The notes under the pieces were generated by a model that saw only the letters and a list, made by a program, of their open reading frames with translations, did no database searches and was not told the origin of the DNA. A stretch of DNA of 64,000 nt from Nanobdellota archaeon. GTDB lineage: Archaea; Nanobdellota; Nanobdellia; Pacearchaeales; GW2011-AR1. Positions 1-8,342 of the stretch are shown in pieces. Location: positions 96,001 through 160,000 of the forward strand of contig JBBSXO010000001.1 of the NCBI GenBank assembly GCA_038045705.1, written 5' to 3'. Numbering within the stretch: the first letter of the stretch is position 1; every line of letters starts with the position of its first letter. The position numbers were made by a program, and so were the translations under genes.

Positions 1-599
1 CATTTAGCATTTGAAACATAAACTCCGGGTTTTTCTAATCTTTTAGCAATTTGGTCTGATCTTTCATTATTCTCGACAGAATCCATTCCATTCCAAGTTT
101 CAAGAGCATCAACACTTTCTAATAATCTATCTGCGAAAGTATATGGTCTTCCAGCAGTTATCAGAACATTTTCTCCAGAATCTCTAGCTTCCTTGATAAG
201 ATAACTAAAATCTCCATCGAATTTTGAACCTCTTTTGCCAACAGTTCTTTCCGCAAAAAGAACTTGAATATTCCCCTCATAAGTCATTAATCCTTGTCCA
301 TGTATGATAACTAATTTTTTTTCAGAATCAGGCGAGATATATGAGGCAGTTCCATTTCCAAAACAAGTAAACCCTTCAAGTCTTTCCATTTGCTTCAAAT
401 ATTCATTCCATCTATTATCAGTTCCTTCAGAATGTGAGAAAGATCTTAATACAATTCCATCTAATCCTCTCTTTATTGCAGTTTCAGCTATTTCTTTTAT
501 TGATGGTCTGGATCTGCCAAATCTAGCCAATCTTTCAGTTATCAAAGGCTTTTGATTTTCCCCTTTGATAGTAGCGCAAGCACTAAAGTCTATATTCAT
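1..599 (-). CDS. PHP-fold protein with degenerate metal ligands (3' partial, runs off window)
   Basis: Translated manually: MNIDFSACA...EIAETAIKRGLDGIVLRSF...IIHGQGLMTYEGNIQV...LITAGRPY...VDALETWNG...PGVYVSNAK. Follows PHP motif order, but the His/Asp ligands are replaced. TATA-like TTTAAAAA about 25 nt upstream. Confidence 0.6.
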   Translation of the reverse strand, partial: MNIDFSACATIKGENQKPLITERLARFGRSRPSIKEIAETAIKRGLDGIVLRSFSHSEGTDNRWNEYLKQMERLEGFTCFGNGTASYISPDSEKKLVIIHGQGLMTYEGNIQVLFAERTVGKRGSKFDGDFSYLIKEARDSGENVLITAGRPYTFADRLLESVDALETWNGMDSVENNERSDQIAKRLEKPGVYVSNAK

Positions 600-762
600 A
601 TTTTCCCGAAAGTTAATCTATTTTTAAACCTTTACAATTAAGAAATTTGCTGTAGTATCCCATGCAAGAATATTAGGATACTACAATGATAATAAAAATC
701 AATAAGTGTTACTTTTTTAGAAATATCAATAACTCTATATAAACATTAATTCATTATAATTG

Positions 763-825
763 ATGAGAAAATCAACAAGAATAGCTAGAAAGCGTAACGC
801 TAAAAAACGCAGAAAAAACAAGTAA
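763..825 (+). CDS. 20-aa Arg/Lys-rich peptide, possible eL41-like ribosomal protein
   Basis: MRKSTRIARKRNAKKRRKNK; TATATAAA at 736-743, leaderless spacing; not in ORF track. Confidence 0.5.
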   Translation: MRKSTRIARKRNAKKRRKNK

Positions 826-847
826 TATAATATGCCCCTTAAGAAAA

Positions 848-929
848 CGCCGCCGCCCGGAATCGAACCGGGAGATCCCGAAGGAAGGTAGTTCTCAAGA
901 CTACTGGAGTACCATTGTCCCACAGCGGC
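848..929 (-). tRNA. tRNA-Ser(TGA)
   Basis: Acceptor stem GCCGCTG/CGGCGGC; anticodon arm GTAGT-CTTGAGA-ACTAC; long variable arm; T arm CCCGG-TTCGATT-CCGGG; G discriminator; no encoded CCA. Confidence 0.95.
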
Positions 930-1485
930 TTAACAATAAATTCTTCTCGACCTTATTTAAAGATAACTGATAAGACTTGTAAATTTGTCTTTGAGTGTAC
1001 TCTCTTACTGCCTTTTTCTTACCAATAAATTCTGCAATTAATTCAGATAAATCTTCTAGAAATAATTTACTTCCCAAATGAAATCTAATTGATTTATCAG
1101 TAGTATAACCATCAGTTATTAGCATTCCTTGAATAAATAATAATTTTTCTTTATCCGTTCCATTTTTTATCAGGTGCAAAACTCTCAAAACATCTCTTTT
1201 AACTCCTTCGGGAAAGCCTAGACCTCTAATCTCTTCAAATATTTTGCGAGAAATTTTTACGAAATGCCATATTTCTTGTCGATTATATCTATTTCTAGAA
1301 CTTATGTGCCCTTCTATTTCAAATATATCATAAAATAACCTATTAAATAATAAAACTAACTCTTTTTTAGTATTACAAAATTGAATTGGGTAAGTACGGT
1401 AACCATCACCATTATGTCCTTTAGATAAACAGCCATCTCCACTAAGCATCCCAAGAAATAGCGCAAGCTTCTCACCCTTATCCAT
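901..1485 (-). CDS. Free-standing double-motif LAGLIDADG (DOD-type) endonuclease-family protein
   Basis: Two motifs, LALFLGMLSGDG and FIQGMLITDG; no intein splicing motifs; the C-terminus overlaps tRNA-Ser. Confidence 0.85.
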   Translation of the reverse strand: MDKGEKLALFLGMLSGDGCLSKGHNGDGYRTYPIQFCNTKKELVLLFNRLFYDIFEIEGHISSRNRYNRQEIWHFVKISRKIFEEIRGLGFPEGVKRDVLRVLHLIKNGTDKEKLLFIQGMLITDGYTTDKSIRFHLGSKLFLEDLSELIAEFIGKKKAVREYTQRQIYKSYQLSLNKVEKNLLLSRCGTMVLQ

Positions 1486-1540
1486 AAAAGTATTTAGCGT
1501 CGTTATTTATATAATTTTACGACTACTTTGGAGTTTAACT

Positions 1541-2071
1541 CTAGTTTTTATTAATCAATTCCCACAAATATCTATCAATAAAATTTCCCTCTATCAGCTT
1601 GTCTTTTTCCATAGTTCCTATTTTTCTAAAACCAGCTTTTTTCAGTAATTTATTAGAAGAAATATTGTTTGTTAGAGTATCAGCAAATAGCTTTTCTAAT
1701 TTCAATTTATTAAAAGAGAAATCTATTGCTTCTTTCAAAGCTTCCAAGGCATAACCATTTCCCCTATAATCTTTACCCAACCAATAACCAACCTTTGCAT
1801 TTTTGTCAGTTTTATTTATATCAAATATATCAATCACCCCTATTATGTTCCCATTATCTTTTAATTGAATCTTGAACATAATAACTGTTTTCTTCTCTTT
1901 CCATTCTTTTTCTATTTCTCGTAATATTTTATTTACTTTACTTTCAGTAAGTGGATAAGGCCAATAGTAAGTAAAGTAACTAATTTCTCTATCATTTCCT
2001 ATCTTAGCTATTTCAAGAGAATCACCTTCAGATACCTGTTTAAGAATAAGCCTCTTTGTTTCTATCTCCAT
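1541..2071 (-). CDS. GNAT N-acetyltransferase, RimJ/RimL family
   Basis: IETKRLIL, VGYWLGKDYRGNGYA, NISSNKLLKKAGF. Confidence 0.9.
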   Translation of the reverse strand: MEIETKRLILKQVSEGDSLEIAKIGNDREISYFTYYWPYPLTESKVNKILREIEKEWKEKKTVIMFKIQLKDNGNIIGVIDIFDINKTDKNAKVGYWLGKDYRGNGYALEALKEAIDFSFNKLKLEKLFADTLTNNISSNKLLKKAGFRKIGTMEKDKLIEGNFIDRYLWELINKN

Positions 2072-2182
2072 TAATAAGGGGATCTTCTATTGTTTATAAC
2101 TATTATCAGTAAAACTAACTCTCTAGAATGCAAGTCTTACTAACACTTTTGTTATTCGGCTAACTAAATAAAATAAAAAAAT

Positions 2183-2467
2183 TTAGCCAAATAAAGATGC
2201 TAGTCCAGCTGCTGATTCAGAAGGTCTCTCTTCTTTCTTCTCTTCTTTTGCAGGTGCAGATTGTGCAACAGCAGAAGGTGCAGCTACAGCAACATTTGCA
2301 TTCTCAAGTTCAGCGCCAATATCGACACCGTGCAAGCTAGCAATCAATGCCTTTAGCTTTGATTCATCAACCTGACTTCCAGTAGAATGAATAACTTTCT
2401 TTAAGTTTTCTTCATTAACTGGGTGACCTAGTTTATGCAATAATAAAGCTCCGTAGATGTATTCCAT
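2183..2467 (-). CDS. rpl12: 50S ribosomal stalk protein P1 (L12)
   Basis: MEYIYGALLLH N-terminus, Ala-rich hinge, C-terminal GLASLFG. Confidence 0.97.
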   Translation of the reverse strand: MEYIYGALLLHKLGHPVNEENLKKVIHSTGSQVDESKLKALIASLHGVDIGAELENANVAVAAPSAVAQSAPAKEEKKEERPSESAAGLASLFG

Positions 2468-3267
2468 TACATTCCCTCCTTTGTAATTATAAGTTTTTCA
2501 ATAGCTTTCTCTTCTCTTACAGCCTTAGTGATGAAATATCTAATGGTTTTCTGAGTAGGGTATTTGATATTAATTGCAAAACCAAGAGCTTTCCTAATAA
2601 GTTCTTTAACTTGCTCAAGAGTTCCAACTTTATCAATAACTAGATTAGAATATATTTTATCTTCTTTAGAATCATAAGCAATAATTGGTATAAAACCAAC
2701 TTTCATAGGACTTACATTTAATTTCCCTAAGACACTTGCTACATTAACCTTAATTATTTCACCACTCTTAACAACAATGGCTCCTTTAATTATTTCAAGT
2801 TTTCCTTCAGTAACTTTCACTTTCAATCCAACTCCAGATAATTCTGAAATTGCAGGACCCGCAACTAAATCAGTCGGTCCAGGTTCAATTTCAATATCAC
2901 TTGGGGCAATATCCCCAGTTTTAGCTCTTCTGGAGCTTTGGAAGTCCATAAGTATACTAGATAATTCAAAAGGTTCAGTATCTGAGAAAAGAATAACATA
3001 ATCTGCTTCAATGCTTTTCTTTAGATTTTGTATGCTTCCTTTTTCAATAGACTCAATAGCCTTAATTAATGCGCTTTTTTTAGCAACTCTTAATTCTGCT
3101 AATCCTCGCATTTTTTTCTTTATTTCATTGAATTGTTTTCCAGGAAGTCCTTTAGAAGAAGCAATCATGATAGTTCTATTTCTGTTCATCAAATGAGCTA
3201 GATCTTTTACTATCTGTTTTTTTGCTTCAGATACCACAGTTACGTGTTCAGTCTTCATTTGAGCCAT
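2467..3267 (-). CDS. rpl10: 50S ribosomal protein uL10 (P0), short C-terminus
   Basis: AKTGDIAPSDIEIEPGPT...GPAISEL; located between L1 and L12. Confidence 0.95.
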   Translation of the reverse strand: MAQMKTEHVTVVSEAKKQIVKDLAHLMNRNRTIMIASSKGLPGKQFNEIKKKMRGLAELRVAKKSALIKAIESIEKGSIQNLKKSIEADYVILFSDTEPFELSSILMDFQSSRRAKTGDIAPSDIEIEPGPTDLVAGPAISELSGVGLKVKVTEGKLEIIKGAIVVKSGEIIKVNVASVLGKLNVSPMKVGFIPIIAYDSKEDKIYSNLVIDKVGTLEQVKELIRKALGFAINIKYPTQKTIRYFITKAVREEKAIEKLIITKEGM

Positions 3268-3884
3268 TATTTAATCTGAACCTCAACAGGCTTAGTCATC
3301 GTCAGTTTTATCAATGCTTTTTTAACATTATCAATTTTTAAAGGCAAAGCTTGAACAATTCCTTCATAAACTGATTTTGCATTTTCCATAATCTTGACAT
3401 CTTCCATACTTAATTTTCCAACCGCTATTTTGATACTTGCATCTTTGATTCTTATCTTAGCAGACTTAGCAATCTTTTCTAAAGTATTTTTTACTTCATC
3501 TGGGCTATCTTTCATCATAACTCCAAGTTGTGGAGAAGGCATCTTTCCAGTTGGACCCAGAACTTTACCGAATGAACTAGCTACAGATGGCATCAGACTT
3601 CCATGAGCAATGAAAAAATCATATTTTTTAACAAGCTTCTTTAAAGCTTTCTTTTCAGAATATTTAGCAAATTCTGGTTTTGTTATTGTAGGAACAATAT
3701 CGCTTTTTTCGTTCAAGAAAGCACATACTGTTTTATCTTTGAATTTATTTGGTACATCAACTACAAATGATAAATTAGTTTTTCTAAAATCCAGTCCTTT
3801 AAGATTTACAATTAAATCAACAGTCTGATCAAACTTACGTTCTTTCTGATTTCTAAGTTCCTTTAGTGCGTCTTTCAATTCCAT
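3267..3884 (-). CDS. rpl1: 50S ribosomal protein uL1
   Basis: RKFDQTVDLIVNLK, FGKVLGPTGKMP, KLTMTKP. Confidence 0.95.
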   Translation of the reverse strand: MELKDALKELRNQKERKFDQTVDLIVNLKGLDFRKTNLSFVVDVPNKFKDKTVCAFLNEKSDIVPTITKPEFAKYSEKKALKKLVKKYDFFIAHGSLMPSVASSFGKVLGPTGKMPSPQLGVMMKDSPDEVKNTLEKIAKSAKIRIKDASIKIAVGKLSMEDVKIMENAKSVYEGIVQALPLKIDNVKKALIKLTMTKPVEVQIK

Positions 3885-4021
3885 GTTTATTTGTCTTCTA
3901 CAGGATGCTTCAACCCATATAATTCAGGGTCAAAGATGTAGTTTAATGACTTTTAAGGTTAATTTAAACGGTTTATAAACTTGTCGTTTAGTTTGAGTTA
4001 ATTTATACCCATTCACTTATC

Positions 4022-4146
4022 AACCGCGCAAAATCAGAATTATTAATAACTTAATCGCGCAAAATAAGCCTTTTATTAAAAAATAGCTATTTTACACATA
4101 AATTTAACCGCGCAAAACAAAGATTTAAATACTTTTAACCGCGCAA
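4022..4146 (+). repeat. Four direct repeats AAYCGCGCAA, putative operator array
   Basis: Copies start at 4022, 4053, 4106 and 4137; the last two flank TTTAAATA (4124-4131). Confidence 0.85.
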
Positions 4147-4152
4147 TATCCT

Positions 4153-5229
4153 ATGGAATGGGCAAAACCAAGAGGATATAGCAAGTCTAAAGTAGATTGG
4201 GCGGGAGATGCCTTAATTAGCGATAAAAGTTCAGAGAGTGATTTGGATAAAGCTATTGAGATATTAGTTAATTGGAGAGCTATACACAAGTATCCAATGC
4301 ACATTTTTCATAAGAGGCTAAAAAGTGTTTCGGAGAAAATAGATAAAAACGCATTAGTCGTTGAACGTTTGAAAAGATTTCCTTCCATAATAAAAAAACT
4401 CAAGAGAAAGTACGGTGGAAATGAACCTACGATGAATCTATCTCAAATGCAAGATATTGCAGGCTGTAGAGCTGTTTTGTCCAATGTAGAATTGGTAAGA
4501 AAAATTTACATGGATGGATATGTCAAAGGAGATATCAAACATAAGAAAGTAAATGAAAAAGACTATATTACTTATCCCAAAGAAGATGGGTATAGAAGTA
4601 TCCACCTAATATATAAATACAAAAGTGACAAAGGTAAAAAAAAGGATTTTAATGATCTACTTGTTGAAATTCAGATAAGATCAAAATTACAACATTTGTG
4701 GGCAACAGCAATAGAAACAGTTGATTTTTTTACTAGACAAGCAATAAAATCTAATGAAGGTCAAAAGGAATGGAAAGACTTTTTTAAGCTAGTTAGCTCG
4801 GCATTTGCGCTGATAGAAAATTCTCCTTTAGTCCCAAATACTCCATTAAATCTTAAAGAATTATATTCTCAAATTAAGATAAAAGAAGAAGAATTGCAAG
4901 TTATTAAAATAATGAGTGGATGGACAGAAGCAATAGATGTTTTTCAAAAAGAATCTCAAGAAAAACCACATCTACAGTTATTTTTATTGGAATTAGACAT
5001 AATAGGGGAGAAACTTAACATAACTGGTTATACAAATGGAGAAGAAGAAAAAGCTATATCTGATTATTCAAGAGCTGAAAAAAGAAATCAGGGAAAAAAA
5101 GAATATGATGTAGTTTTAGTAGGAGTTAACGCAGCAAATGAACTGAAGGAAGCCTATCCAAATTATTTCGCAGATACAAGAGAGTTTTTAGAGAATTTAA
5201 AGAAAATAATAACTAAAGCTAGTTCTTGA
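4153..5229 (+). CDS. RelA/SpoT synthetase-domain protein (small alarmone synthetase-like)
   Basis: RLKRFPSIIKKL, MQDIAGCRAV, DYITYPKEDGYRSIHL, VEIQIRSKLQHLWA; no HD hydrolase domain. Confidence 0.92.
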   Translation: MEWAKPRGYSKSKVDWAGDALISDKSSESDLDKAIEILVNWRAIHKYPMHIFHKRLKSVSEKIDKNALVVERLKRFPSIIKKLKRKYGGNEPTMNLSQMQDIAGCRAVLSNVELVRKIYMDGYVKGDIKHKKVNEKDYITYPKEDGYRSIHLIYKYKSDKGKKKDFNDLLVEIQIRSKLQHLWATAIETVDFFTRQAIKSNEGQKEWKDFFKLVSSAFALIENSPLVPNTPLNLKELYSQIKIKEEELQVIKIMSGWTEAIDVFQKESQEKPHLQLFLLELDIIGEKLNITGYTNGEEEKAISDYSRAEKRNQGKKEYDVVLVGVNAANELKEAYPNYFADTREFLENLKKIITKASS

Positions 5230-5231
5230 CT

Positions 5232-5681
5232 CTAAGACTTATTCAAAACCTGCAAATATTCTTTAATTCTGCCAACTGCTTGAGGAATAAGAAACTTTTC
5301 TATTTTTTGCTCAAACAAATCATGTAATGTTGCAAACTCAGAAACTCTGTATAGATTATTCTTTTTTTCAACAAGCATAATATCTCTTAATCTTTTTAGT
5401 TGTCTGCGTATATTACTCTCGGCAATTCCTTTAGTTTCTAATGAATTATCTTGTCTCATTTGCGTAACAATATCTCTAACTTCAAAACTTGTTAGCTCTT
5501 TCTTTTCCTTACGGGCTTCTTCAAGAGCAAGTAAAATATCTACTATAATATCTCTGCCATCTCCAGGTTGAAGCAGTCCAATGCTCAAACAAATTTTTCT
5601 TATTATCTCCCTTTTAGAACTATCATAAGGCTTCTCATATTTTCTTAGAGTTATTTCGTTTAATGGGACGTCTCTAGCCAT
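5232..5681 (-). CDS. Winged-helix DNA-binding protein
   Basis: Likely start MARDVPLNEITLRKYEKP; GIAESNIRRQLKRLRDIMLVEKKNNLYRV is a wHTH pattern. Confidence 0.7.
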   Translation of the reverse strand: MARDVPLNEITLRKYEKPYDSSKREIIRKICLSIGLLQPGDGRDIIVDILLALEEARKEKKELTSFEVRDIVTQMRQDNSLETKGIAESNIRRQLKRLRDIMLVEKKNNLYRVSEFATLHDLFEQKIEKFLIPQAVGRIKEYLQVLNKS

Positions 5682-5740
5682 GGTTCTACAAAAACCACAA
5701 TCGTTATAAATGTAATCTTTCAACATCATAAGATTGTAAA

Positions 5741-6094
5741 ATGGAATTAGTTGCATTTTTAGGAGATGATAAAGAAACTTGGGGTCAAGTTACAGGTTTG
5801 ATAAATAGAGGTGAGTGGGAAAAAATAATTCTTGTTAAATCGAAAACATCTGATGAATATATTTCTTCCAAAGATGCCGATATAATCACAGTAGATACTT
5901 CAAAACCTCTTGTAGATTTAAAAGATGATATGATAAAGAAACTAAGACCTAAATTTTCAGGTTTTGATGTTCATGTCTCAATAGCATCTGGAACAGGAAA
6001 AGAACATATGGCTTTAATCAGTGCATTACTTTCAGTACCAGTTGGAGTAAGACTAGTAGTATTTACAAAGAATGGAGTAGAGACAATTAATTAG
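5741..6094 (+). CDS. Small Rossmann-fold protein, CARF-like
   Basis: N-terminal strand LVAFLG, EKIILV, and VHVSIASGTGKEHMALISALL resembling CARF motif II. Confidence 0.5.
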   Translation: MELVAFLGDDKETWGQVTGLINRGEWEKIILVKSKTSDEYISSKDADIITVDTSKPLVDLKDDMIKKLRPKFSGFDVHVSIASGTGKEHMALISALLSVPVGVRLVVFTKNGVETIN

Positions 6095-6097
6095 ATA

Positions 6098-6694
6098 TTA
6101 TCTCCATAACTGTTCAAAACTTCCAGACCAAGGACCAATAGGGTTATCAATATAATTAGTAGTACCATAATCATAGTAATTAAGTCTTATTTCCATTAGC
6201 GAGATTTTTCCCACATCATTAAAATTAGCTCTAAAATGTCCAATATCCCAAATATTATTCTGTTGATGAGGATAATAATGAGCCACCCGCGTTCGCATAG
6301 CTGAAGGATGCAAACTATTAAATTTACTAAAATCGTCTCCTATCTTTAGCCCATTTTCAGTTTCTCCATTCCATCCATTACGCAAACTAATTCTCGACAA
6401 TGTATCTCCCAGCCATACAAAATACATACTATCTCCAGGCCCACCAATAATCTCTAATGTATTCCCATATCCTCCCTGACGATTTCCCCAATATCTAAAA
6501 CCACAATTATTTACTAATGAATGGCTATCTCCCATTCCAAGTTCAAATCCCGCAAAACTTGGATTCTCTCTAGTGTATAACCTTTCATATTCAAGATCAC
6601 ATGAACTTGAACCATTAGGACCACTCTGCTGACAACATGTTAATGCAAGAGCGGGCATAAAAACCATTAAGTTTTTTAATAATTGAGACATCAA
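6098..6694 (-). CDS. Hypothetical exported protein or lipoprotein
   Basis: Hydrophobic N-terminus ending ALTCC; TATA about 25 nt upstream. Confidence 0.6.
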   Translation of the reverse strand: MMSQLLKNLMVFMPALALTCCQQSGPNGSSSCDLEYERLYTRENPSFAGFELGMGDSHSLVNNCGFRYWGNRQGGYGNTLEIIGGPGDSMYFVWLGDTLSRISLRNGWNGETENGLKIGDDFSKFNSLHPSAMRTRVAHYYPHQQNNIWDIGHFRANFNDVGKISLMEIRLNYYDYGTTNYIDNPIGPWSGSFEQLWR

Positions 6695-6745
6695 CTAGAT
6701 AATTATTCATTATTTATATAATTTTACATAATCTTAATATTAAAA

Positions 6746-8158
6746 TTAAAACAAATTAAGAAACCATCTACCCATCATTATTGTTAATAAAGCTAGTATA
6801 AACCAACCCATCCAGCTGTAAATTCTTCTAGCCCAATGAACACTTCTAGTTATTCCTAAAATAGTTATATAAAAGAATCTTCCACCATCAAGGATTGAAA
6901 CTGGCAACATATTCATCAAAGCAACTAATATGTTAATCATTACAACCCACCATAACATATCATAAATGAATTGTGCAAGGTCACCATCCCAGCTAGGAGA
7001 ATAGTAAACATTAGGATTTTTTATTTTAGCAATTCCATTTGCAATTAATCCTCTAAATCCTTCTCCTTGTAAATTATAGAATCCAACTCCAAGATAAGAG
7101 TTTCCATTTTTGTTCCCTAATTCTATTTCATAAGAATGGACTTGTTTTTCAGAATCAATTGTATTGATAATTACTTCTCGACCTGGTTCAATGTTTCCTA
7201 ATACACTAGAAAGATCTTCTTGCGTTCGGATAGCCTTACCATCAATAGAAGTAATCGCTCCAACTAAATTCTCTCTTATTGCAGGAGCATCTTCAAATAA
7301 AACGATCTGTTCATTACTCTCTAAAATCTCCTTAGTCAAAATCTCTTTAGGAGCATAATAATTTTTACCAGAAGCAGTTATTCTATTTAATCCATCTTGG
7401 GCAACAGTAGGGATCAAAGCAACAGATAAGATACTCACATTTCCAACATGAGTTATATCTGAAACATTAACAACACTTTGAGCATATGCATTAAATATCA
7501 CTCCACTAGGATTGAAGCTCAAAGCAAAAAATGCCCATAATAGCAACCCAAATATAACGAACATAACTATGTTTGCAAAAGTTCCAGCAGCTAATATAGA
7601 AAGTTGATGTTTTTTAGGAGCACGAGCCATCTTTTTTTCATCTGGCTCCACAAAAGCCCCAAAGAAAGGACCAAAGAATGCTAATCCAGTAGTCTTAACT
7701 TTGATATTCCAAAGTTTAGCAAATAATCCATGGGCAAATTCATGAGAAATAGTTACAACAGCAATTGCAACTAAGAAGTATGTAAAATATAAAGGCGGAA
7801 ATACAGATTCTAAGTTAAATAATTTAGGAAAATAAGGTATCAAAGGAGCTATTGGAGGTAAGTTCTTCAATTGATCTGGGATAGGCAATGTAACATAGGT
7901 CCAAACAGTTCTTGTAATTAACCACAAAATGCTAAACATTAAAATGTACCCGGAAGCAATTACAACATAACTCAAAGGTCTTAAAATTTTGCCAAATTTA
8001 TTAGCCCCCCATTTCATTAATTCTATCCCAACTTTAGTATGATATAGAAACATCCATCCTTGTCTTTTGAAACTCTGTCTATTTTTTTTGAAAATAAAAA
8101 GAGCAAAAATGCCAAACAGTATTAGAAATATTAAATCATACACTATAAAACTAGCCAT
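6746..8158 (-). CDS. Site-2 protease (M50) with PDZ-like insert
   Basis: HEFAH, AAGTFAN, NMLPVSILDGG; multiple TM segments. Confidence 0.95.
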   Translation of the reverse strand: MASFIVYDLIFLILFGIFALFIFKKNRQSFKRQGWMFLYHTKVGIELMKWGANKFGKILRPLSYVVIASGYILMFSILWLITRTVWTYVTLPIPDQLKNLPPIAPLIPYFPKLFNLESVFPPLYFTYFLVAIAVVTISHEFAHGLFAKLWNIKVKTTGLAFFGPFFGAFVEPDEKKMARAPKKHQLSILAAGTFANIVMFVIFGLLLWAFFALSFNPSGVIFNAYAQSVVNVSDITHVGNVSILSVALIPTVAQDGLNRITASGKNYYAPKEILTKEILESNEQIVLFEDAPAIRENLVGAITSIDGKAIRTQEDLSSVLGNIEPGREVIINTIDSEKQVHSYEIELGNKNGNSYLGVGFYNLQGEGFRGLIANGIAKIKNPNVYYSPSWDGDLAQFIYDMLWWVVMINILVALMNMLPVSILDGGRFFYITILGITRSVHWARRIYSWMGWFILALLTIMMGRWFLNLF

Positions 8159-8168
8159 ACATCAATCC

Positions 8169-8342
8169 TCATTTGGTTTTTTTCATACGTAAAGTTCTGA
8201 AACTGTGTTTGCCACATTTTCTACACTTTATCGTTTTGGAAATAACTTTTAGCGCCTCAGAACGCATTTTCTGATTGCAGTTCTTACAAACAAACATATT
8301 TCTAAAAAGTCTCTGTTGAGCTGCAGGTAATTTTGTGCCCAT
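8169..8342 (-). CDS. rpl40e: 50S ribosomal protein eL40
   Basis: Manual translation MGTKLPAAQQRLFRNMFVCKNC...KCRKCGKHSFRTLRMKKTK; TAATG overlap with aIF5A. Confidence 0.9.
   Translation of the reverse strand: MGTKLPAAQQRLFRNMFVCKNCNQKMRSEALKVISKTIKCRKCGKHSFRTLRMKKTK

Noticed and set aside
304-555. Plus-strand 83-aa ORF
   Set aside because: Antisense shadow of the PHP-like gene
735-923. 62-aa minus-strand ORF
   Set aside because: Reads through tRNA-Ser and antisense to the basic micro-ORF
901-1485. Intein or tRNA intron interpretation of the LAGLIDADG ORF
   Set aside because: No Hint motifs or host protein, and the tRNA is uninterrupted
4022-4146. Possible mini-CRISPR or ORB origin
   Set aside because: Repeats are only about 10 bp with unequal spacers; no cas or cdc6 nearby; no ORB consensus
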